Shown: positions 48,201 through 59,396, counted from the stretch's first letter. The stretch: DNA of 64,000 bases from Bacteriovoracia bacterium (GCA_050246755.1 JBFWVL010000001.1:1280001-1344000); one strand, 5' to 3'. The notes: a model not told the origin generated them from the sequence alone. Translations and numbers: made by a program.

Positions 48201-48739
48201 AAAAAGAAATCGCAGCGATGAGAAATGTAATTTCATCGACGCCTAATGTAATCGGTGGAGCGCTAATTATCCCGGCTGGCCTCCTCGCTCAGAAGTCTGG
48301 CAATACGACGTTCACAATAGATTCAGAGGCTCGTAAGCGTATCGAGAAGATCGCTATGAACGCTGTCATGGATGTTGAGCGTGGTTTTGGCCATCATGTT
48401 TTCGATGTTTCCGCTGACAAATGCGGCTGGGACGTAACTGCGCGAATCCCCCCGAAGGACGAACTTCTTTTTGAAGATCGCCATATAGAGGTGAAGGGCC
48501 GCGCAAAAGGTCAGGAAACCATCACCGTCACAGCCAACGAGATCATGTACGCACTAAACCAGCGGGAGAAATTCATCTTGGCGATTGTGATTATAGATGG
48601 GGATAAATTCGAGGGGCCATTCTACGTCAAGAATCCTTTCAAGAGCCCGCCAGATTTTCAGAGTGAAAGCAGAAATGTTCCCCTGAAGGAATTGTTGCAG
48701 ATGTCCGTTAAGCCCGAGCAAACGATTAGGAGGGGCTAG
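45209..48739 (+). CDS. SNF2-family helicase with C-terminal DUF3883-like nuclease
   Basis: LADDPGAGKT, VDEAHK, LMTATPH, ATDAAGEGVNLQ, QRFGRIHRIGQ; C-terminal GWDV...IEVKGR; start at ATG 45209. Confidence 0.92.
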   Translation: MVKLEELKQSLYVRGLEGNEVVQIKSIEKVSEDAVTVLYKNAKGQFREQMVHRADEARIELVENSSRPWSFQADGAEFRLGLEAQRIRLAHLFDPMMAVHSSNVEPLPHQITAVYEAMLPRQPLRFVLADDPGAGKTIMAGLFIKELIMRADAKRILIVTPGSLSEQWQEELYEKFGLRFDLFSREKMEQSVRGNYFEEQDYLICRLDQLSRNEEFLSKLHATEWDLVIVDEAHKMSASFTGGEVKRTDRYALGEQLGKITRHLLLMTATPHNGKEEDFQLFLSLLDSDRFYGKFRDGVHKVDVSDIMRRMVKEELRRFDGTKLFPPRFAYTVNYPLSVGEQNLYDAVTTYVREEMDRADRLSAVDKRRGGTVGFALTALQRRLASSPAAIHESLKRRLNRLQARLEEMKKVSSGQLPKNTLDKYNQAVPSNFDDADDEMSSEEYEEFTDEVIDQATAAQTVEELQKEIIILKDLEQEARKVRLSGEDKKWSELSTLLQGNPHMKDKKGNFRKLLIFTESRDTLDYLVEKIVGVFGSPDKIVTIHGGTNRDRRKEAQALFRNDPNVHVMIATDAAGEGVNLQNANLMVNYDLPWNPNRIEQRFGRIHRIGQTEVCHLWNMVAKGTREGDVFHTLCEKLEVQSKALGGRVFDILGEAFEDISLKDLLIRAIRTADSDAVRREIRKVVSDSLETERIQELYKRNALVEQHMNLDQLYKVKEDMDRAEARKLQPYFIRSFFDEAFKSLGGDIRARETGRWEIAHVPPVVIERAKQLLGSRHPVTRTYQRVCFEKNVVPIEDRPKVDLIHPGHPLMAAVTDIILEKNRGKLREGAILVDPADESNEPRVVFMLEHSIKESSGEQKVVSQSLQFVSIEKNLQPTNAGWAPHIDLRAIKAEERELVADVIGAPWLKTELETKALAYASQEMAPLHFKETKERRETFADKVNQAVHERLTKEISYWEDRYVKLKEQQSEGKQPRMQPENARRKVEELNARLDQRKKEIAAMRNVISSTPNVIGGALIIPAGLLAQKSGNTTFTIDSEARKRIEKIAMNAVMDVERGFGHHVFDVSADKCGWDVTARIPPKDELLFEDRHIEVKGRAKGQETITVTANEIMYALNQREKFILAIVIIDGDKFEGPFYVKNPFKSPPDFQSESRNVPLKELLQMSVKPEQTIRRG

Positions 48740-51669
48740 TGGAACAGCTTCGCATTCCTAAAAAACTGATTGAGGTCGCACTACCACTTGATGCCATTAA
48801 TGATGCCGCTCAACACGAAAAATCCGTAAGGCACGGACATCCGAGTTCGCTACATCTTTGGTGGGCTCGGCGTCCTATGGTCGTTGCCAGGGCAGTTATC
48901 TTTGCACAAATGGTAAATGACCCAGGCTATGAAAGGAATTTGGGGCGCGGAATAAATAGGGAGAAAGCACAAATTGAGCGAGAGCGGCTGTTCAATATCA
49001 TACGTCGCCTCGTTGATTGGGAATCGTCTAATGACCCTGCTTTATTAAGAGAAGCAAATGAAGAAATACGACGTAGTTGGATGGAAACATGTGAGTTGAA
49101 CAAAGCTCACCCCAAAGCAGATACACTTTTTAACCCCAAGATTCTTCCAGGTTTTCACGACCCTTTTGCTGGCGGAGGTGCGCTGCCAATTGAGGCCCAG
49201 CGTTTGGGATTGAATTCGTTAGCATCCGACCTGAACCCAGTAGCGGTCTTAATTAACAAAGGCATGATCGAAATTCCTCAGCGTTTTCTAGGGAGGGCGG
49301 CGGCAAATCCCGACGACTCTGCAAATAAACTTCAAAATGCGTGGCCTGGACTTACGGGTCTTGCAGCCGACTTAAAGTACTACGGCAATCTCTTAAAACA
49401 GGAAGCTGAAAGCCGGATCGGGAAGTATTTTCCCGATGTTGAAATTCCCGTTGATGTAGTGGAGGGCGGGAAGAAAAAAAAATATCCCAGGGGCACAAAG
49501 TTTAAAGCCATAGCTTGGTTATGGACAAGAACAGTTAAAAGTCCAAGTCCGGCTTTTTCTAATGTCGATGTCCCAATTGCTTCATCATTCGTGTTGTCTG
49601 CAAAGTCCGGCAAAGAGGCTTATCTTGTGCCGAATATTGAGGGCGACTCAATTTCATTCTCGGTGAAACACGGGGTCGGCGCAGATTTTGAGAAAGCGAG
49701 ACTTGGAACAACGGCAGGCAAACGGAATGGATTCATTTGTGTAGTTTCTGGAGCCCCAATTGATTACGAGTATGTAAGATCCGAGGCGATGGCGGGAAGA
49801 CTGGGAGAAAGATTGATGGCTGTGGTTGTAGAGGGAGAAAGGGGCCGCATATATCTCCCTGCAACTAAAGAAATGGAAGATATTGCAAAATCAGCGACAC
49901 CGACATGGCAACCCGAAGAAGCGTTTTTTCAACAGGCGTTGGGATTCCGCGTGGGAAATTACGGAATGTCTAAATGGAGCGATCTTTTCACCAGAAGACA
50001 AACTTTAGCTCTCTCCACGCTTTGTGAGTTAATCCCCGAAATCAATTTGAAGGTTCAAAGAGATGCAATTTCTGCAGGCCATATGGCAGATGAAAAATCT
50101 CTTGAAGATGGCGGGTTCGGCTCAAGAGCCTATGGCGAAGGAATATCAACGTATTTGGCTTTCTTAATAGATCAGCTCGCAAATCATCTTTCAGAGCTAT
50201 GTGCATGGCACGTCAATAACGAGCAGCTCAAGAATACTTTTGCAAGACAGACGCTTTCAATGACTTGGGACTTTGCCGAAACTAATCCTTTTTCTGAATC
50301 AACGGGGAGTCTTTATAGCCTACTTGATCGGCAAGTTAAGGGAGTACTTTCGTTGTGTCAGAATGGCATCCCTGGTTGCTCAATTCAGGCAGATGCAGCA
50401 ACTCAGAATCTATCTGCAAATAAAGTTATTTCTACTGACCCTCCTTATTACGATAACATCGGCTACGCTGACCTATCTGATTTCTTTTATGTTTGGTTAC
50501 GCAAGTCTCTACAGCAGATTTATCCTAAGCTGCTTGCGCCGCCAGTCGTTCCAAAAATAGAAGAATTGGTCGCCACCCCAGACCGTCATGGAGGAAAGCG
50601 AACCGCAGAAACATTTTTTCTTAACGGAATGACCTCTGCGATGAAGCGGCTCGCAGATCAAAGCCACCCCGCGTTTCCAGTAACTATTTACTATGCCTTC
50701 AAGCAATCTGAGACTACTTCCCAAGAGGGAACCCATAGCACCGGATGGGATACATTCCTCTCCGCGGTTATTAAGGCGGGATTCGCAATCAGCGGTACAT
50801 GGCCAATTAGAACCGAACAAACAGCCGCGCTTAAAACAACGCGAAATGCACTTGCATCTAGTATTATTCTCACCTGTATAAAACGCGCTCCGGGAGCCCC
50901 GGTGGTTTCACGACGCGAATTTATTCGCGAATTAAATAGTATACTTCCAATTGCCTTGAGTGAAATGACGGCGGGTTCAAATACTCCACCCGTTGCGCCC
51001 GTTGATCTAAGTCAGGCAATCATTGGCCCAGGTATGGCTGTGTTTTCTAAATACTCAGCAGTACTGGAGGCGGACGGAAGTCCAATGGCTGTCAAAACGG
51101 CTCTTCAAATCATAAATAGATTTCTCGCAGAAGAAGACTTCGACCACGACACCCAGTTTTGTCTCCAGTGGTTTGAGGAGCATGGTTGGGCGACTGGAAA
51201 ATTCGGTGAGGCTGATGTCCTGGCGCGCGCAAAAGGTACGTCTGTCGACGGACTGCGTGATGCGGGAATCGTCGAAAGCGCGCACGGCTCTTTGAAATTA
51301 ATCAAGCCGAATGATTTAGACTCTGGCTGGATGCCAGAAAACGACACGCGAGTTTCTGTTTGGGAGTTGTTGCATCATATGATTGCACGCTTCGGCACAG
51401 AAGGGGAATCAGGTGCAGGAGAGCTACTTTCGAGAGCTGGACAAATCAGTGAAACGGTTCGGACATTAGCGTATCGGCTTTTTACTACCTGTGAGCGCAA
51501 GGGTTGGGCACAAGACGCAGGAAGTTACGATAGCTTAGTTAGAGCGTGGGACTCAATTGAATCCTCTGCTGGGGCGATTGGTTATAAAGGAACACAAATT
51601 TCACTTTTCAACTCCGATTCAGTTGCGAACAGCACGATCGATCAAAAGAAGTCGAGGAAGAAACGATGA
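48739..51669 (+). CDS. DUF1156-type adenine DNA methyltransferase
   Basis: [26 protein letters not shown] (SAM), TDPPYYD (catalytic). Confidence 0.92.
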   Translation: MEQLRIPKKLIEVALPLDAINDAAQHEKSVRHGHPSSLHLWWARRPMVVARAVIFAQMVNDPGYERNLGRGINREKAQIERERLFNIIRRLVDWESSNDPALLREANEEIRRSWMETCELNKAHPKADTLFNPKILPGFHDPFAGGGALPIEAQRLGLNSLASDLNPVAVLINKGMIEIPQRFLGRAAANPDDSANKLQNAWPGLTGLAADLKYYGNLLKQEAESRIGKYFPDVEIPVDVVEGGKKKKYPRGTKFKAIAWLWTRTVKSPSPAFSNVDVPIASSFVLSAKSGKEAYLVPNIEGDSISFSVKHGVGADFEKARLGTTAGKRNGFICVVSGAPIDYEYVRSEAMAGRLGERLMAVVVEGERGRIYLPATKEMEDIAKSATPTWQPEEAFFQQALGFRVGNYGMSKWSDLFTRRQTLALSTLCELIPEINLKVQRDAISAGHMADEKSLEDGGFGSRAYGEGISTYLAFLIDQLANHLSELCAWHVNNEQLKNTFARQTLSMTWDFAETNPFSESTGSLYSLLDRQVKGVLSLCQNGIPGCSIQADAATQNLSANKVISTDPPYYDNIGYADLSDFFYVWLRKSLQQIYPKLLAPPVVPKIEELVATPDRHGGKRTAETFFLNGMTSAMKRLADQSHPAFPVTIYYAFKQSETTSQEGTHSTGWDTFLSAVIKAGFAISGTWPIRTEQTAALKTTRNALASSIILTCIKRAPGAPVVSRREFIRELNSILPIALSEMTAGSNTPPVAPVDLSQAIIGPGMAVFSKYSAVLEADGSPMAVKTALQIINRFLAEEDFDHDTQFCLQWFEEHGWATGKFGEADVLARAKGTSVDGLRDAGIVESAHGSLKLIKPNDLDSGWMPENDTRVSVWELLHHMIARFGTEGESGAGELLSRAGQISETVRTLAYRLFTTCERKGWAQDAGSYDSLVRAWDSIESSAGAIGYKGTQISLFNSDSVANSTIDQKKSRKKR

Positions 51670-54512
51670 CACTAAAACCGTGGCGAGAGCTTATCACTCC
51701 GCATAAAGATGTTCTGGATGGCACATTTAAGCAAAGCGAATTCGCAGCCGACCTTACTCAAGTTCAAAATGGCACGGCTTCGGGTGAATATAAGGATGCA
51801 GAAAAATTCTTTCAGCGCACCTTTATCACTGAAGGGATGCGACTCCTCCTTGACTCTGTTGCCAGGCGCATTTCCGGCAAAGGTGGTGACCCGGTTATTC
51901 AACTTCAAACATCCTTCGGGGGTGGCAAGACCCATACTCTCTTGGCCGTCTTTCATTTGACCCGGCGAGAAGTCAGTCCCGAAAAGATGAGCGGGATACC
52001 GCCCATTCTTGATGCCGCCGGTATTACCGACCTTCCCAAAGCCAGGATCGCAGTCATTGACGGCAATAATATGTCGCCAAGCAAACCACGAAAACGTGGC
52101 TCCGTTTTGGTGAACACCATTTGGGGCGAAATCGCATGGCAACTGCTAGGAGAGCCCGGATACAAGTTCGTTGCCGAAGCAGATAGAGAAGGCACATCGC
52201 CAGGGAAAGAGTCGCTAGTCGAGCTTCTCAAAAGCGCTGCTCCTTGCGTTGTGTTAATCGACGAGTTGGTTGCGTTCATCCGTCAACTTGAATCTGGGAA
52301 GTCTTATGTGGGTGGCACATTTGAGAGTAATTTGAGTTTCATTCAGGCTCTTACCGAGGCCATGAAATCTGTACCAAATGCACTTCTGCTGGCATCGTTA
52401 CCTGAGTCTGAAATTGAAGTCGCAGGGCCAATGGGCAAGCTCGCCCTTGATTCCCTTGAAAAATATTTTGCCCGCGTTGAATCTGTATGGAAGCCTGTGG
52501 CAACTCAAGAGGCATTTGAGATCGTAAAGCGTCGCCTATTTGAAGGAACTGGAAATCGAGTTGAAATCGAAAAAGTTTGTAAGACGTTTTTTAATTTCTA
52601 TATTGAGAATAACACCAAATTTCCGTCAGAGACGCAAACTAGTCAGTATTTTGATCGGCTGATCCAGTCTTACCCCATTCACCCAGAAGTTTTTGATCGC
52701 CTCTATACGGATTGGTCAACGCTTGAGAAGTTTCAGAGGACTCGTGGAGTCCTTCAATACTTGGCGATTATCATTCATCGACTTTGGAACTCTGGCGACA
52801 GCGATCCTATGGTGATGCCTGGTTCTCTTCCTCTCGAAGATGTGAATGTTCGCACGAAGAGCATCCACTATCTACCTCAAGGCTGGGAACCCGTGATCGA
52901 AACAGAAATTGATGGCCCTCGCTCAGTGCCAGCGGAAATTGACGGCAAAGAAGCACGCATGGGAGCGATTCGGGCCGCTCGCAGACTCGGTCGAACGCTA
53001 TTTCTTGGAAGCGCACCCTCGGCCAATACTCAAGGGGCAAGAGGATTGGCTTTGGATCACATCATTCTTGGAGCGGCCATTCCTGGCCAGGTGATTGGCG
53101 TCTATGAAGACGCGCTGAAACGTCTCCGCGATCAGTTACAATACTTGTTCGGCGATAGCAACCGCTTCTGGTTCGATACACGGGCGAACTTACGCAAAGA
53201 AATGGAATCCCGAAAGCTCCGCCTTGAAGGACGAGAACATATACTTCCCTGCATTCGTGAGTTTGTTACCAGCGATCTACGCGGAAATTCGGTTTTCGCT
53301 GGCGTTCATGTGTTCACGGATTCAGCGGACATCCCTGATGAAATTGGGCCGGGCCCCCGACTCGTGGTTTTGGCCCCAGAGCATTCAAGTGCGTACTCTC
53401 GGGCAAATGCCACTATCTCCCAGGACGCTGCCAGCAAGATTCTCGAAAAACGCGGTGATCAGCCTAGACAACGCCGTAATCGCATCGTCTTTCTCGCTCC
53501 CGATTATGACTCGCTCTCTCGCCTGAAAGAAAACGCGAAAACCTACTTGGCTTGGGAATCCATCGTTAAGGACATCAAGGACGAAAAACTAAACCTCGAC
53601 ATGCATAACTCTCGACAGGCTAAACAAGCCTTCGAGCAATCTGAGAAGGTCTTGCGCCAGAGTATTCGAGATTCGTTCAAGTGGATTTTGAATCCATACG
53701 AAGAACTCGCGGCAGGTCGATTCACCTTGAAGTGGGAGGCCACACAAGTCTCTGCGGGCGGATCAAACTTTATCGGTGCGATTGAAAACAAAATGCGTGA
53801 GGAGGAGTGGATCATCACAGAATGGTCGCCGATCCACCTCACCAACATTCTGAAACAGTGGTACTTTAAAGAAGCGCAGGCTGACGTAGTTACCAAGAAA
53901 ATCCTTAACGACTTCGCCAGCTATCTCTATCTCCCGAGGCTCACGTCTGACGTCGTTCTCAAAAATGCTATAGCCGAAGGCGTGATGGCGGATGATTTCT
54001 TTGGATTCGCTCAGGGAAAATCAGGTGAACGCTATTTGGGACTTAAAATTGGGGCACCCGCTAACATCTTTATCGACGACACCACTCTTATCGTCGAAAA
54101 GGGTGTTGCGCTAAAACAGCGAGAGCAAGAGCGAGTGGAGGCTCCATTGTCCTCAGCCGCCTCTAGTTCAAATTTAACCACTCCTTCTGCAAGTGGCTTT
54201 ACCGGAGGCACGACGGAATCTCGGACTGTCGCAGCTCATGGCGCTGGTTCGGCAAACTGCTTCACAGCATCCAAAGAACTGAACGCGAGAACAGCCAAGC
54301 TCCACTTCAATGACGTAATCGAAAAAGTGCTTCGTCAGCTTACGGAGCGAGTATCCACTGCCGTTACTGTTTCCGTCAGCATTGAAGCCATAGATGAATA
54401 CGAATTTGGGCTAGACGTGCAGAAGGCTATCCTTTCCGCTTGCGAGGAGCTTCAGTTTAATCGAAGTGAGTTCTATAGAAATTCGGATATCAAAGGGAGT
54501 GACCGCCAATGA
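51666..54512 (+). CDS. DUF499-family AAA+ ATPase
   Basis: [48 protein letters not shown]. Confidence 0.92.
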   Translation: MTLKPWRELITPHKDVLDGTFKQSEFAADLTQVQNGTASGEYKDAEKFFQRTFITEGMRLLLDSVARRISGKGGDPVIQLQTSFGGGKTHTLLAVFHLTRREVSPEKMSGIPPILDAAGITDLPKARIAVIDGNNMSPSKPRKRGSVLVNTIWGEIAWQLLGEPGYKFVAEADREGTSPGKESLVELLKSAAPCVVLIDELVAFIRQLESGKSYVGGTFESNLSFIQALTEAMKSVPNALLLASLPESEIEVAGPMGKLALDSLEKYFARVESVWKPVATQEAFEIVKRRLFEGTGNRVEIEKVCKTFFNFYIENNTKFPSETQTSQYFDRLIQSYPIHPEVFDRLYTDWSTLEKFQRTRGVLQYLAIIIHRLWNSGDSDPMVMPGSLPLEDVNVRTKSIHYLPQGWEPVIETEIDGPRSVPAEIDGKEARMGAIRAARRLGRTLFLGSAPSANTQGARGLALDHIILGAAIPGQVIGVYEDALKRLRDQLQYLFGDSNRFWFDTRANLRKEMESRKLRLEGREHILPCIREFVTSDLRGNSVFAGVHVFTDSADIPDEIGPGPRLVVLAPEHSSAYSRANATISQDAASKILEKRGDQPRQRRNRIVFLAPDYDSLSRLKENAKTYLAWESIVKDIKDEKLNLDMHNSRQAKQAFEQSEKVLRQSIRDSFKWILNPYEELAAGRFTLKWEATQVSAGGSNFIGAIENKMREEEWIITEWSPIHLTNILKQWYFKEAQADVVTKKILNDFASYLYLPRLTSDVVLKNAIAEGVMADDFFGFAQGKSGERYLGLKIGAPANIFIDDTTLIVEKGVALKQREQERVEAPLSSAASSSNLTTPSASGFTGGTTESRTVAAHGAGSANCFTASKELNARTAKLHFNDVIEKVLRQLTERVSTAVTVSVSIEAIDEYEFGLDVQKAILSACEELQFNRSEFYRNSDIKGSDRQ

Positions 54513-54528
54513 TGGCACATCGCTTGCC
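54513..54528 (+). promoter_or_regulatory. Sigma54 (-24/-12) promoter
   Basis: TGGCACATCGCTTGCC with GG-N10-GC spacing in the 40-bp gap before ATG 54553. Confidence 0.7.
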
Positions 54529-54552
54529 TAGAACAACAACCATGAGGAATCA

Positions 54553-54945
54553 ATGGACACACGGAGGTACATCGTGAGCATCAACGGCGCGGGCAAATTG
54601 CAAAAGATAATCAAGGGATTGCAGGATCGCGGGGCACTGAAAGGCATTGCTCTGCACGGCCCAACAAATAATGTCTTGTGGATCGAAAAGCGAACCGGAG
54701 AGTCCGAGAACCGGACAGAATTCAGTTTTCAAATCCGCATCGACCGCGTTGCCGGGAAAGATACTTGGTGGCCGATTTCGTACAGCAGCGCAAGTGGCGA
54801 AGCGATCAGTTGCGAAACTGTCTCCAACGGAAAGACACTAACGAATTTTGTGAAGCAGGATACGTTGATCGAACTGGCCGAAAGCTGGGCGAAGACCCTA
54901 GAGGCGGAGCTGGTGACAAAGACTGTGGATAACGTCTTGAGATAG
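54553..54945 (+). CDS. Hypothetical protein (130 aa)
   Basis: GAGGA RBS; no recognisable motif. Confidence 0.75.
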   Translation: MDTRRYIVSINGAGKLQKIIKGLQDRGALKGIALHGPTNNVLWIEKRTGESENRTEFSFQIRIDRVAGKDTWWPISYSSASGEAISCETVSNGKTLTNFVKQDTLIELAESWAKTLEAELVTKTVDNVLR

Positions 54946-54964
54946 ATGGTGAAACGGAGGGGCG

Positions 54965-56863
54965 ATGTCAACGCTATTTGCAGCTACATTTCTTAACGAT
55001 CACGTCGGGCAGATCAAGGTTGATCCAAAGATTGCGCTCATTGAATTGATTGCAAACGCCTCCGACGCTGGTGCTACCTCTGTAAAAATTGGCTGGCCCG
55101 CCGAAACTGGACAATCCATTACGATAGAGGACAATGGCATTGGAATGACGAAGGAGCAGTTTCTTTCTCGTTGGCAAACGCTTTCGTTTGATCGTCGCGC
55201 AAGCATTGGCAGAGAAGTGATCTTTCCTGATGATGTAAGCCCCAAACCGCAGCGCTCTCTCTTTGGGAAGAGCGGCAAGGGTCGCCATGCGTGCTTTTGT
55301 TTTTCGGATTCCTATCTTGTAGAAACATGGCGAGATGGAAAGCTCACAAAGAGCCGAGTGCAGGAGGCGCAATCAGCACAGGAGCCATTTCATGTATCAG
55401 TAATCGAAGAGGCCGAAACTGCTGGACACGGAACAAAAATCACAGTTGCGCTACAGCGAGGCATTCGGCTAACTGACGAAGAAGTCATTGATGTGATCGG
55501 GTCAAAGTTTCTTATTGATCCGAGTTTTTCCATCACCGTGAACCAAAGAGCAGTTTCTCTTACGACGATAAACGGGATTCGTGAAGAAGAGATCATGCTC
55601 AATGACGGCAGAAAAATTGCCGTGACAATTGTTGATTCGGAGGGTGCCGAAAGGCTCAATCGCCTTAGGGGCGTCGCTTGGTGGGTGAACAATCGTCTTG
55701 TCGGTTCACCATCATGGAAAAGTGTGGTCGGGGCCTCGGACTATCTTGATGGTCGAAGTAACCCAGCTAAGCGGTTCGCATTCGTGATAAAAGCCGATCC
55801 ATTGGATCAATATGTAAAAGAAGACTGGACTGGATTTAGAAATTCAGACCTTGTTCAAGAAGTCTTTGGCAAGGTTGACGATCTTATCCAAAAAAATATT
55901 TCGGGTTTGTTATCTGAGACGCGCCGTGAACGTAAAGTCGAAGTGCTCGAAGAGAATAAGCGAATTATTTCCGAGCTGCCCCCAAGCAGCCGCGTGATGG
56001 TTGGTAGTTTTGTTGACGCCGTTCAACGCGCTTGTCCTTCGATGAAACAAGACGATATGGCGAACGCTGTTCAAGTGTTTGCTAGGTTGGAGCAGGCTCG
56101 GTCGGGATATGATTTATTAAAGCAGCTCGCGGGATGCTCCTCCTCTGATTTGGATAGGTGGAACACCATCATACAAAAGTGGGACGCTCGTCAGGCGCAG
56201 GTTGTGCTCGATGAAATTGATAAGCGGATACAACTAGTGAGTGAAATGCGAAGGCTCGTCCACGAGCGGACGACAGATGAATTGCACGAGCTTCAGCCAT
56301 TGTTTGAGCAGGGTCTTTGGATTTTTGGACCACAATACGAAACGGTTGAATACGTTGCGAATCGTCGCTTAAAGACTATCGTTGATACATTCTTGAATGG
56401 AGATTCTGGCAAACTTCAGGCCCCAGCCACTCGACCAGATATAGTTGTGGCCCCTATTGGCGTTTGGGACTCGTCGAGATTCGATGCCGAAGGAAATGTT
56501 GTTGGCAGTGAGCGCGTGCTTGTTTTGGAGCTGAAAAAAGGGGGATATCACGTTCGCCAAGGAGAAGTGGATCAGGCACGAAACTACGCATTAGAGCTTC
56601 GTCGCGCTGGCGCAATCCAGGCATTCACTCGACTCGATTGCATCGTCATGGGATCAACAATTGAAAATCTCGTGAGCCCACTGGAAATCTCGGATCAAAA
56701 CCTTATCGTCACCCCAAGAACGTATGAGACAGTGCTGCGACAGGCCGATCTCCGTCTCTTCAATCTAAGAAAACGAATCCAAGACCTCGGCAGAGAGTTA
56801 CCCCATGACGATGAACTAGACTCCGTTATGGCCACGGGCATCCAGCAGGAGTTTCTCGCGTGA
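54965..56863 (+). CDS. GHKL (MORC-like) ATPase fused to C-terminal PD-(D/E)xK nuclease
   Basis: ELIANASDAGA, IEDNGIGMT, GKSGKGR, HGTKI; C-terminal LWIFG...RPDIVV...LELKK...QARNY. Confidence 0.82.
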   Translation: MSTLFAATFLNDHVGQIKVDPKIALIELIANASDAGATSVKIGWPAETGQSITIEDNGIGMTKEQFLSRWQTLSFDRRASIGREVIFPDDVSPKPQRSLFGKSGKGRHACFCFSDSYLVETWRDGKLTKSRVQEAQSAQEPFHVSVIEEAETAGHGTKITVALQRGIRLTDEEVIDVIGSKFLIDPSFSITVNQRAVSLTTINGIREEEIMLNDGRKIAVTIVDSEGAERLNRLRGVAWWVNNRLVGSPSWKSVVGASDYLDGRSNPAKRFAFVIKADPLDQYVKEDWTGFRNSDLVQEVFGKVDDLIQKNISGLLSETRRERKVEVLEENKRIISELPPSSRVMVGSFVDAVQRACPSMKQDDMANAVQVFARLEQARSGYDLLKQLAGCSSSDLDRWNTIIQKWDARQAQVVLDEIDKRIQLVSEMRRLVHERTTDELHELQPLFEQGLWIFGPQYETVEYVANRRLKTIVDTFLNGDSGKLQAPATRPDIVVAPIGVWDSSRFDAEGNVVGSERVLVLELKKGGYHVRQGEVDQARNYALELRRAGAIQAFTRLDCIVMGSTIENLVSPLEISDQNLIVTPRTYETVLRQADLRLFNLRKRIQDLGRELPHDDELDSVMATGIQQEFLA

Positions 56864-58236
56864 TGGACATATCCAAAACTCTGAACATTGGTCGAATAGA
56901 ACTATCTAACTTCCGTGGACTCGCGGAATGCAAGGTAAATCTTGATCCAAAATTGACCGTCTTTGTCGCGGAAAATGGAAGGGGAAAAACTGCAATCTTG
57001 GACGGTATCGCTGCGGCTATCGGCTATGTTGTCGATGGTATCGCGGCAACTCGGCAAGCCACTGGATTCTACTCAGATGATGTGCGACTCATTCGTAAAG
57101 ATGGCGGCGAAATGCTTCCGGTTTTGCCAACTTCTTTTTCCGTTGACGGTCATGTGTTTGGGCAAGATGTTCGATGGACACGCCTCTTAAGCAAGTATGG
57201 CAGCAGACCACGCACCAGCACAAAAGAATCCAAATCTGTTCGCAGATTAGCAGAAGATATTCGCGGCAAAGTAATTGGCAATCAGTCGGTTGAAAGCCGT
57301 GACGACTTGATTCTTCCTCTGGTTGCATACTACGGGACAGGCAGGTTGTGGGGCGACTCTCGGCTTACAAAATGGCGAAGTGATTCTGCCTCTCGACAAA
57401 ATGATCGTCTTGCTGGATATGTGGATTGCTTGTCCTCTCAATCGTCATTCAAACTCACAAGGGCCTGGTACGAAAGCAAATGGCGCGAAGCTGGCGATCC
57501 AAGATTTAAGACAGAAGGCAAAAATACCTTACCCCTCATTTCTGCGATCCGGGCGGCGACCTCTACAGTTCTCGAACCCACCGAGTGGTCGGGCCTGAAT
57601 TGGAACGCGACATATAATACTCTGGAAATAGAGCATCCGCAGTTCGGTGTTTTGCCGATGTCTTCGCTTAGTGATGGCGTGCGAACCATGCTTGCCTTGG
57701 TCGTCGATGTCGCCAGGAGATGTGCGACGTTGAATCCGCAGTTAGGCGAAGATGCCGCTCAAAGAACCCCGGGAGTTTTGTTGATAGATGAAGTGGACAT
57801 GCACCTTCACCCAAGATGGCAGCAGCGAGTGACCGATCTGCTACGGCGAGCGTTTCCATCGCTGCAAATTATTTTAAGCACGCATAGCCCTCACGTCCTC
57901 TCTACAGTCGATAAAAGCTCTATCCGCGTTATTAGATTGGAAGATGGCATCGCCCATGTCGAAACACCGGAATTCCAAACTCGCGGCGTTGAGAGTGCTG
58001 ATGTGCTTTCTACGATTATGGGAGTCGATCCCATTCCCAAGGTCGAAGAGGCTTCTTGGCTCAGAGAGTATCGGGGATTAATTGAAGATTCGCTTGCAAC
58101 CAGCGAGCGGGCTCTAAGTTTGAGGGCCATGCTCGAAAAGCACTTTGGCTCAAATCATCCCGTTATCTTAGACGCTGATCGGTTGATTCGTTTTCAGGAA
58201 TTTCGCCTGAAGAAAAAAACTTCGGAAAATTCTTAA
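56860..58236 (+). CDS. ptuA: PtuA-like ABC/SMC-type ATPase (Septu / retron-Ec78 effector type)
   Basis: AENGRGKT, YYGTGRLW, LSDG, DVARRCATLNP, LIDEVDMHLHPRWQQ, STHSP, GVES..L...MGVDP. Confidence 0.85.
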   Translation: MMDISKTLNIGRIELSNFRGLAECKVNLDPKLTVFVAENGRGKTAILDGIAAAIGYVVDGIAATRQATGFYSDDVRLIRKDGGEMLPVLPTSFSVDGHVFGQDVRWTRLLSKYGSRPRTSTKESKSVRRLAEDIRGKVIGNQSVESRDDLILPLVAYYGTGRLWGDSRLTKWRSDSASRQNDRLAGYVDCLSSQSSFKLTRAWYESKWREAGDPRFKTEGKNTLPLISAIRAATSTVLEPTEWSGLNWNATYNTLEIEHPQFGVLPMSSLSDGVRTMLALVVDVARRCATLNPQLGEDAAQRTPGVLLIDEVDMHLHPRWQQRVTDLLRRAFPSLQIILSTHSPHVLSTVDKSSIRVIRLEDGIAHVETPEFQTRGVESADVLSTIMGVDPIPKVEEASWLREYRGLIEDSLATSERALSLRAMLEKHFGSNHPVILDADRLIRFQEFRLKKKTSENS

Positions 58237-58239
58237 GCT

Positions 58240-58872
58240 ATGAAGCAATTAAATCGTGCAGCCGTAGCGCCGCCAGGAGTCCTTGTAAACTATTCTCATC
58301 CCGCGAACACATGGGATGATGTTTCGACTCCCGACAAAGCAGAGATTAGAACGGCTCTGGAACAAATGCAGGGACGCCGTTGCGCTTATTGCGAGGGCTC
58401 CATTGATGAACTTGGACAGCATATTGAACATTTCCGAAGAAAGCGGGTGTTTCCACATCTTACGTTCGCTTGGGACAACTTACTTTGGTGCTGCGATGCC
58501 CGCGACTCATGCGGGCATTACAAAGATAGAAAAGGATGGCCCTACGACATAAATCATCTGCTCAATCCGTGCATACACGACCCGGATAATTTCTTTCGAT
58601 TTAGAACAGACGGATCGATTTCGATCCGCCGAGGACTGAATCAGCAAGAACTAAGGATGGCGCAAGAGACTCTGCGAGTGTTAAACATCGATCCTGAGTG
58701 GGGGCGGCTACGCCAAATGAGAAAGCGTGCGGTCTCTACTTTTCTCACATTGCTGGACGACCTGAATGGTTTCACCGAAACCGAGCTTCAGCAGTTGCTT
58801 CAAGATGAATTAATTCAGGCAAGGGGTCTTCCATTTTACACCGTCGTCAGACACGCTTTAACTCGCGCGTGA
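58240..58872 (+). CDS. ptuB: PtuB-like HNH endonuclease
   Basis: MQGRRCAYCE, HIEHF, WDNLLWCC, SCGHYKD; follows PtuA. Confidence 0.85.
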   Translation: MKQLNRAAVAPPGVLVNYSHPANTWDDVSTPDKAEIRTALEQMQGRRCAYCEGSIDELGQHIEHFRRKRVFPHLTFAWDNLLWCCDARDSCGHYKDRKGWPYDINHLLNPCIHDPDNFFRFRTDGSISIRRGLNQQELRMAQETLRVLNIDPEWGRLRQMRKRAVSTFLTLLDDLNGFTETELQQLLQDELIQARGLPFYTVVRHALTRA

Positions 58873-59396
58873 AGGATTCTATGAATTACCAGGCCATCAA
58901 AGAGCTTGAAGAAAAACTACTTAAAGAGCTGAAACCTCTCGCCGAGGCTACGAGCCGAATCCGAGAAGTTCTGACTACGCACGCCAATGGAAAATCCTTG
59001 AAAGGCGATGAGGTAGTTGGCTGGCTTGGAGAAATTCAAGGGAAATTGCTTTTGGGTGGAACTCTAGTCGGAGACGATAATGAACATGATTTTGTAACTG
59101 AAGATGAGCGTCGAGTCTCGGTAAAAGCTCGAAGAGATAAGGGTGGCAGCTCTTGGAAGCGAACTAGCGGAATACCAAAAATTGAAGGCGATGACTGCCC
59201 AACCCACCTACTGTTTGTCCGATTGGATGAAAACTATTTGGTTAAAAATATGTGGCTCTATGAGTGGGCTTCCATCCTGAAGTCCGAGCGATTTAAGTCT
59301 CATAAAGTGCGTGGTTTACATCGCGCATATTTTTTTGAGGTAAATGAGCCGTCGGATAAAGGTCAAATGATCTATCCTTCAGTGAGCATTGATTGA
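58869..59396 (+). CDS. Small PD-(D/E)xK-like nuclease (DUF6998-like)
   Basis: VGWLGE...EHDFV...VSVKAR pattern. Confidence 0.5.
   Translation: MKDSMNYQAIKELEEKLLKELKPLAEATSRIREVLTTHANGKSLKGDEVVGWLGEIQGKLLLGGTLVGDDNEHDFVTEDERRVSVKARRDKGGSSWKRTSGIPKIEGDDCPTHLLFVRLDENYLVKNMWLYEWASILKSERFKSHKVRGLHRAYFFEVNEPSDKGQMIYPSVSID

Noticed and set aside
44974-54512. Complete BREX or DISARM system
   Set aside because: No PglZ, BrxA/BrxL or DrmA/B/C recognisable; only the helicase-methylase-ATPase trio.
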